DNA of 31,906 bases from a virus (taxonomy: Duplodnaviria; Caudoviricetes): IMG/VR virus record IMGVR_UViG_3300020533_000014, positions 1 through 31,906 of that record. One strand, written 5' to 3'. The number at the start of each line of letters is the position of its first letter. Position 1 is the stretch's first letter. Of the stretch, positions 7,533 to 15,500 are shown one piece after another. The translations under genes were made by a program, and so were the position numbers. The notes beneath the pieces are model-generated. The model saw only the letters and a list, made by a program, of their open reading frames with translations. It was not told the DNA's origin and searched no databases.

Positions 7533-8528
7533 ATGGCATCGTTGGTCAAGAGGGGGCAGTTCTGGTATGTATACTATCGTATTGACGGTAGGCAGTCGGG
7601 TGTATCCACCTTCCAAGCTGGAAGGTCACCCAACGAGGTAGCCAGAGCAGTCCTCGAAAAGTATCGAATGATGGAGGGGTGTAACAAGCATGGCCTCCCA
7701 TACGTTGACAATTCAGCCAACGTATCAGACATGATCGGGCAGTATTGGGAGTCGAAGCCTTCCCTTGCCCTGTATACAGCAACTAAGAAGAAAGCCGTGC
7801 TGGACAGACTGTGCCAGCATATGGGCGTAAAGAAGGTCACATCCATTGGGGTGCATGAATGTGATCAGTTCATGTCTACCTGCCTCTCGCACCTGCACGA
7901 TAACAGCAAAGAGCTTTATCGTGCTTTAATTTCCAGCCTGTGGACATGGGGTATCAAGAGGAGCCTTGCCACAAAGAACCCTTGGTCTGAGATCCAATTC
8001 AAGAGAACTCCTAAGACCCCGAGGCGGTGCCTCAAGAAGGAGGAGATCGATGCGCTGATAGGTCATGCCAAGGGATCTGTACTCCTAGCCATCCTGTTGG
8101 GGCTTTACGCTGGGGCACGGGTTGGTGACTGCGTGAACCTTTACGGTGAGGACATCGACTTTAATTCCAAGACGATTATCTTCCGCAGGAGAAAGGGTAG
8201 CCGTGAGGGTTCCCCGAAAGTACAGGAGCTGCCACTTCACCCAGTACTCGAGGATGTCTTCTCCAAGATGGATCTCGTCAGCAACGCTAGGCTTATACCC
8301 CTTCGGGCGAACCACCTTGGAACCAAGGTAGCCAACGCCATGAAGGAGGCTGGGATCAATACGACCCACCATTATCTTCGTCACACCTTTATCTCCATGA
8401 TGGCAGAGAAGCAGGCTGGTATGGCACAGATCAGTCAGCTAGCTGGTCACTCCAGCTGGGCTATCACGAAGCGGTATACCCACATTTCCAAGGACTCCCT
8501 TCGGGATGCGATTGGGATACTACAATGA
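7533..8528 (+). CDS. int: Tyrosine integrase
   Basis: N-terminal arm-binding-like segment, GARVGD (R), HYLRH (HxxR), LAGHS (H) and TKRYTH (Y). Confidence 0.93.
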   Translation: MASLVKRGQFWYVYYRIDGRQSGVSTFQAGRSPNEVARAVLEKYRMMEGCNKHGLPYVDNSANVSDMIGQYWESKPSLALYTATKKKAVLDRLCQHMGVKKVTSIGVHECDQFMSTCLSHLHDNSKELYRALISSLWTWGIKRSLATKNPWSEIQFKRTPKTPRRCLKKEEIDALIGHAKGSVLLAILLGLYAGARVGDCVNLYGEDIDFNSKTIIFRRRKGSREGSPKVQELPLHPVLEDVFSKMDLVSNARLIPLRANHLGTKVANAMKEAGINTTHHYLRHTFISMMAEKQAGMAQISQLAGHSSWAITKRYTHISKDSLRDAIGILQ

Positions 8529-8845
8529 GAGCTATCCTGATCGACCCGCTTGCCACTCCAGCCATCTCAGAGATTGAGGTTAAGGGGCATCTTGAGGAGA
8601 TTCAGAAGATCATAGGAGGGTACTTAGCCCCGATTAAAATCAGCAGTACGGAAGTTCTTTTTGTGGATGAGGAGTGGCTGATCAAGGATAAGTCCAAGCG
8701 GTTTGGCGGTGCCTTTAGGATTGGCGATCACGGGCTGGGTGGGAAGGGGATTATCTTTGGGGTAAAGAACGGGGATCATTGCAGCACGAAACTTGGGCTA
8801 CTTGAAGTTTCCTCGATGATCACAACATCCAATAAACCAGCCTGA
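8525..8845 (+). CDS. DUF3846-like protein
   Basis: AILIDP...LEEIQKIIGGY...LFVDEE...G-GII-G; ATGA overlap with the int stop. Confidence 0.7.
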   Translation: MRAILIDPLATPAISEIEVKGHLEEIQKIIGGYLAPIKISSTEVLFVDEEWLIKDKSKRFGGAFRIGDHGLGGKGIIFGVKNGDHCSTKLGLLEVSSMITTSNKPA

Positions 8846-8969
8846 AATTTGTTAACCTAATGTTAACGATGCCTGCAAAAAGAGGTGATTAATAGTGACA
8901 AATATCAACAGTAACAGACAGAAGCAGACACTCCATCATTCTGATCATAAACCTAAATGGACTTTTACT
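8846..8969. other. Candidate attP region
   Basis: Only sizeable AT-rich non-coding gap near int. Contains GTTAAC-N5-GTTAAC (8851-8867) and AACCTAA(A)TG twice (8854, 8950). Confidence 0.4.
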
Positions 8970-9284
8970 CTAACTGCTTTGCGCTGTAGAAGAGTTGAAC
9001 TTCTTCTCTCCAGAGTACTCACTATCAATGGCTTCCAGAAGCAATGTTAACTCAGAGACAATGAAGTACCCACCCTCTAAATCTGGCCAGATGCCTCTAG
9101 ATGTAAAGAAATCATATAGCTTCACGTTGAGGTTGATGGCGCACTGCTCCTCTGAATCTATGAGGAAAAAGATAAACGAGTTTTCGGCGTATTTGATCAC
9201 GGGGATCTTAAGGGTGATCTTCCCGCTTCGTATGACACAGCTCTTCTTTGCCAGTTCTGCGAGCTTGAGGTAAATTGAATCCAT
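8970..9284 (-). CDS. Hypothetical AT-rich moron-like protein (about 104 aa)
   Basis: Open frame fills the gap; ATG at 9284 (the track uses 9314); no recognisable motif. Confidence 0.45.
   Translation of the reverse strand: MDSIYLKLAELAKKSCVIRSGKITLKIPVIKYAENSFIFFLIDSEEQCAINLNVKLYDFFTSRGIWPDLEGGYFIVSELTLLLEAIDSEYSGEKKFNSSTAQSS
9248..9276 (+). promoter_or_regulatory. Promoter of the secreted moron gene, probably leaderless
   Basis: TTGCCA-N17-TAAATT-N6-ATG(9283). Confidence 0.62.
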
Positions 9285-9564
9285 GAGACTAGCACTTATC
9301 TTATTACTCAGCATTGGTTCGCTTTCTTTTGCTCAGGAAATTATCCCCAATAACTTCGGTGGCTACCTTTCCGTTGATAAAGAGGATGGCCTTGAGGAGC
9401 GTTCCGTTTTTATCTCCAGCCCTAGACACTCCTATATTGGGGAGATGGATGAAGACGGAGACTTCGTTGCGCTTGGACGCAGGGGTGGGGAGACTTGTTT
9501 CGGCAAGCGTGTTGGTCGTAACGCAGTTATTGTTCTGCGTACACCTGTTGACCAAACCGAATAG
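9283..9564 (+). CDS. Secreted/periplasmic moron protein (93 aa)
   Basis: Sec-type signal MRLALILLLSIGSLSFA|QE; has its own promoter; 3' end overlaps the giant gene by 38 nt. Confidence 0.7.
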   Translation: MRLALILLLSIGSLSFAQEIIPNNFGGYLSVDKEDGLEERSVFISSPRHSYIGEMDEDGDFVALGRRGGETCFGKRVGRNAVIVLRTPVDQTE

Positions 9565-12500
9565 CGTCACCTTTCATCTCTCTCTTGGCTGGCTTGTAGA
9601 CGGCCACATTCCCAGACAGGAGTGCCCTTGCGTTATCCATGCTCACACCCTGCTCCTTAAGAATCCTCATCACTTCTCCCCTGCTCACACCCAGCTTCAT
9701 GGCTGCACTGATGATTCCAGACGTTTCGTTGAAGATCTCCTTACGGGAGCTTCTCATCTGCCTGTAGGCTTCCAGCCTTGCCTCGTTGCTCACGTTGCTC
9801 CTGTCGTAGTAGGCAGCTGTAAAGATCCCAGTCGCATCGTTGAGCCTGTTGCTGAACTTGCGGGCAGTGAAGCCCAAGCTCTGGCGAGGATCTAAAGTGA
9901 CAACTCGTTGACCAGTTAATGTTGCAATCGTCTCCAAGGCTGGGTCGTAGGCACGGCCAGTCTGGGTCACCTGACCAGTAAGACCCCTGTAGACCCTGAC
10001 GGATGAAACAACGGTTCCGATATTGAAGGCATCAAACATGTGGGCAGATACGGCAGCTGCCCTCGAGGCTAGGTCTGCCTCTGGGTTGTAGACCCTGCCA
10101 CCCGTAGTTCCTTTGGTGTTGCGTGAGATATCAAGGATCTTGCTGGCTAGGATCTGCTCACCGTACAGGGGCTGGAAGGCTGTCTTCACAGACTCCAGTA
10201 GCTTCTGATCCCAAGTTCCGTCCATCTTCATAAGGGCAATGATCGGGTCACGGAAGTAGTTGTACGGATCGACGTAGGACAGGTTGACCTGATTGACGTT
10301 ACCCTTATCGTCACGGCCAAGGTACAGCTTGGTAGCATACTTATCCCAAGGTGCATCCAGCTTGCGGATTGCCTGATCCTCATCGTCATCGATGCCCATC
10401 GCAGATGCGATGCCAGCTGCGACTGCGCTGAATCCAATGCTGGCCATCATGGTTCCTGCCAGCCTGTAGGCACCAGCCTGACGGATGGCAGGGTTGTCGC
10501 TTCTCAGCTCATCGTTGATTGTGCCGAGAAGATTGTAGCCAGTCCTTACCACCTCGAGGGGGAAGCTGATGAAAGCACCGACGAAAGGTTGGGAGCGGAG
10601 GACGTTACCAAGGCGAGGGATACGGCTGTAGGTAGGCAGGAGGTTAAGAACTTTATCAGCTGCCATAGGCTCCAGCTTGGACAGGGGCTGGGTTGGGTAA
10701 GCCTTTCTGAGTCTGGACAGCTCGACCTCGAAGGCCACGATCTTAGGGATGGCATCACCCAGCTGGTAAAGGTTGGTGGCACCACGGCCAATAGCCTTTA
10801 GCCCTTTAGTAACATGGTTGTCTAGGAAGTCGGCAGCTGTGCTTACGTTCGCATCCTTGAAGTATGACTCCATCTCGTTGGCGAATACGCTTTGCCCGAG
10901 GATGCCCAGCCGAGTCAGCTTGGCGTTGTAGTCACGGAACTCTTTGCTCTTGTTAATCCCGAGCTGAGTACCAGCGGAAGGCAGTGCCAGCGTCTTGAGC
11001 TTGTTGAGTGCGGTGATCCCGTCGGGCGAGAAGATGTATCCGTTGGCGACTAGGAACGATCCGTTGCCGAGCAAGTTCCTGACCTGCGTCTGCACGGACA
11101 GCACGGTCTTGGCGAACTTGGAGAACCCGTTGGCCTTAAGGTAAAGCTCGCCCATCTTACCCAAGAAGTCCTGAGCCTTGGCACGACCACCAAAGGTATT
11201 GCGAAGTGCTGTGGCGATCTCCTCGCTGGTGTAGACATCGTTGCTCATACCATCGATGAACATGTTCAGAGGGCTGGCAGTCCTGCTTCCGTCCGATACC
11301 AGCTTGGTCGTGAACCCAGTGCGTGGAGTGGCGAAGAAGATCTTATTCATCCCAGCGTCCCGCATTCCTTTGAGCATGTTGTGTGCCTCGAGAAACCCAG
11401 ACATCTTCTGGACAGACTTAAGGAAGTTAACCCGAGGATCTTTGATCTCACCCCACAGCATGCGGATCTCCTCGGGGATATTCTTTCTGGCTGTGATGAT
11501 GGAAAGGTCTTTAGTCAGCCCGCTACCGATCTGGCCGAAGGGGCTGTCGGTTTCAGGCGAGGCAAGGTATTCGATCTGACCATCAACCTCGGCCTTTGTT
11601 ACGCCACCACTGCGAGCCTTGGTTAGGCCAGCCTGATAGTCGGCCTGATAGGTTCCCGAGTTAGGGTTGATGGCCACCTCGCCACGGGCAAGGCTTTGCT
11701 CCTTGGCGTACGCATTTGCGTACTTGTTGTGGAGGTAGGATGTGACAGTGGTAACGAGCTTGTTCTGCACCTGCTTCGGTAGGGTGTTGAAAGGATTCTT
11801 ATAGTTGGGGTTCTCCCACTTCTCGTAGCTGCGGTTTAGGTAGACACCCTTGTTCGCCTCGAGGACGGGCTTGAGATCTTCGGAGATTGCGCCAGATCGG
11901 AGCAGGTCTTGCGTCAGGCTGTCGATCAGGTTGCGGGCATTGCCAACGGCAGAGGCAACATCGGTTGGGAGTTTAGCCCTAGCTAGGGGATTCTGTAGAC
12001 CCTCGTTGATTCTAGCGATCTCCACCTCTGGCAACTGATCGAGTGACTTGCCGTAGGAACGCTTCACCGCTGCTTCGATATCTGACACTGCGTTCTGTGC
12101 CCGAAGCATCTTCTCGTTGACGTTGAATCCACGCTGCTCGGTCATGCGGAAGATGTCGTATGGCAACGCACCGCCAGTGCGGAGCTGTTGACGGCCAAAG
12201 GAGATGACGGGTTCTAGGATCTGTCTGGCTTGCTCACCCCGTGTAGAGAACAAGAAGTCACCCCTGTTGCCCTCAACTGCGCCCTTAACGAATGCAGTGT
12301 TGCCAATAAGAATAGCCTCGTCAGCTGAGACAACTGGGTTCCCGTTCTCCTTGTTATAAAAATAGCTGTGACGTTGTGGGTCAAATCCAACCTGCTGATA
12401 GTTTTCAAGTAGCCCAGCTGGCGCATTTGCCATCGGAATGTACTTACCCTCGACGGTTGCAAGTGGAGTCTTCGAGTATCCTTGGGCTATTGAAAGAGTT

Positions 12501-15500
12501 ACCTTCTCTGACGCATTAAAGAATCTCGCATCTTTTACTGCAGCGATCCTGTCGTATCCAATGACCTTACCAACCCTGCTCTTGCCTTCTGCTTGGTTGT
12601 GAACGGTCACAACATAGTTGCCTGTCCTGTTATAAGACGGGATATCAATGCGAAGTCCGACAGGAGTTCCCTCCTCAAGAGTTCTCGCAACTCCGTACAT
12701 CCCCTGCTTGCCAGCGTCGAGAGATGACCTTGCCTCATCATCCGTGAGGATCGGGATGGATGTTACTGGACGGGCTGGCTTCTGTTCCTCGGAGATCCTG
12801 TTCAGTTCTTCTCTGGATATCCTGCCCTCAAAGAAGTCGTTAGCTGCCTGCTGTATTACCTCGTTACGAGGCTGTGCCCCACGAGTGGAGGCTCTTACTT
12901 CTTCGGGTAAAACTTGCTGCGGGTCTCGTCCATCACGGAGAGCGTTTGATCGACTGAGGGCAGTCTGCCTTCTTTCTTCAGCCGCTCGAAGGTCTTGTAC
13001 AATTTCTCTGCGCTGAAGACCTCTGTCTTTGAGGAGCTTGTCTGTTCCGTTGGAGTGTTTGTAGTATTCAATTTTCGCTCCAAGTTCCTTCCAAAGTCCG
13101 ATTTCATATACCCAAGATACTGCCTGTAATTCCGCAACACTCAAGCCAAGTTTATTTGCTGCAAATCTTACAGCCTGCTCTTGAATATCGTACTCTGCGT
13201 CAGTTGGTGCCTGTATAATCTCACCATTTTTGTCGAATACTGTCCCCATCATTCTGTTCCACATTCTGCTAAAGTGAAGATCTACAGTAAGAACATCATA
13301 GATGCCGTTCATGTTTAAGTGATAAGATCCACCCTTTCGACCAAGTATGTATGATCCGTACTTGATATCACTTTGCTTGCCCTTCACGTTTTCGTTGTAT
13401 TCTCGAAGCTCTTTAACTGTGTGCTTAGAAAGCAGCCAATCAGCAGCCCCCTTCTCCCCCTTGTCGGCAACAAGTTTATTAATGCGCTCCATATAAATCT
13501 CAACAATCTTGCCACGAACAGTCCACCCCTTCCCGTTCTTCTGCCTTGGCATAACTGGGAACTGTTGTTTCGAGGCTTCCCATATTCGCATGGTACTTAA
13601 AGTTTCTTGCTTCGGGTTTTGGCTAAATGAATTTGCAACCATCATTGCCTTAATTAGAACCATCCGCTCTTTTCTGTTGCCTATAGACTCTGGGTATAGC
13701 TGGTTCAGATCAGACTCCATTTGCTCGATATCTGCCGAATACCAAGTCATCCCCGCATCTTCCTGCTGAAGCTGATACGAAGTTTCAGGCCAAATGTTTA
13801 CAAGGAACTGAGCCATTCTAACATCGGCTGGAGTGTCCTTGGTTAGTGGCTCTTGGATTCGCTCAATACTTCTTTGCTGAAGGAAGGTGGCTACTTCTTT
13901 TACTGAAGGCTTCTCAATCCTTACACCATCACGCCTTAACGGCACCGACTCGACGGAGACTGCGCCCCGTGTCGAGGCTACTACTTCTGGCGACCCTGCT
14001 TCTTGAAGGCTTCTGCCTTGAGACTGGATTCGTCTCGCTTGGACAGCTGGGTTGACGGCTCGTCTAACGGACTCGACCGCTGTCCGAAGACTCCCTTTTC
14101 GTCCAGCGAGGTAATCAACTTTTCCACCCAGCTCTTGTAGTCTTCCCCTGTCTGAGGGCGTGTAAAGGCCACTGGCTCGTAGGTCTCTGACTGCTGGGGC
14201 TGTGTCGATTGTTTGCCCAGCGGAGATGTCGAAGATTGCATCTTGTTTGCCATTTTCAGCAACATAAAGCGCATCGGTCTTATTGTCGAGAACGAAAGAA
14301 ATATCATAAACAAACTGACGCTGATCTACGGGTAGTGGCTCGTTGTTTTCTGTGGTCTTCATCCATCCACCAAAGTACGCACCCGCCCCATCAACATTCG
14401 CCAACCTCTGGCCAATACCGAAAGCCCTGAAGATATCGTCGTTGCTGAGAAGGTAGGATCTGAAAGCCTTGATGCCCTCTTCCCTGCTCATGTTTACGGG
14501 CATAATACCCTCTGTGTTCTTGGACGGTGCTACAATGTAACCAGTCGTTGGAACCCTGAATGATACAGGGTCAACAGTAAATCCATCTGGGTTGTTCCTT
14601 GTGTAATCAAACAGCTGCTCGTACTTGGCTAGGCCACGGATCGAAGTCTGTGGCTCCTCGTTAATGCCAGCACGGCCAGCCCGAACAGCCTGCTCTACCC
14701 TTGTCCGTAATCCCTTAAACCTGTCACCTTGGTCTAGGAATGATCTGAACTCTAGGTTCAGCCTTTCCCCGTGACCCGTGTATCGAAGGAACCTGTCGAG
14801 CAGGTTTCTGAAGGCACGACCAGCCTTGTCCATTACACTGTTCTGCTCGCTGAGTCCCTTAGCCCACTGGTCGTTTGTCCAAGCCAGACGCTCGGAGAAG
14901 AACTCCTGTACTGACTCCATGACACGAGGACTCACCTCGGCCTTCAGTCCACCAAACTCATCAAACAAAGCACCAGTCCTAGACTCAGTCTCGGCCTTCC
15001 ATAGACCCCTGATCTGAGCCTGCAAACCAGCTGGGAGTGTGTCCCAGAAAGCATGGCCAAGCTCGTGGATCATTTCCCTGCGAGCCATAGGCATCGTGGC
15101 CAGCTTGTCCGACAAGAAGATCATGGCCTTCCTGCCGTCCGAAGCCCGCTTGTAGTAGGCAACAGCACCCTTTGGAACCTGACCCGATTCAATTAAGGGA
15201 GTGATGTCACCCACCTCAAAAGTGATGGCATTGCGTAGGGCTGGAGATGAGATGCTGTTCCACAGGTTCTGGAAACCTTGGACAAGCGAGAGCTTCTGAG
15301 ATGCGCTTGGTGGCGTGTTGCGCTCGGAAGCTAGGATGTATCCCTCTGGTCTTGCCGTTAGTCCACGAAGCTCAGTCTCCCGCATCCCGATCATACGATT
15401 AAGTCGGGCGACCCTCTGCGAGGTCTCCTGCTTATTCTCGATCTTGTTACCCTCTGAGTCGTACCTGATAACTTCTCTAGCCGTGTTAGGATCGTACTCG

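Noticed and set aside
8935-8970. tRNA-Lys-like GGACTTTTA fragment or dif site in the att region
   Set aside because: No T-arm or acceptor stem follows, and the CAT...ATG spacing does not fit the 11-6-11 dif layout.
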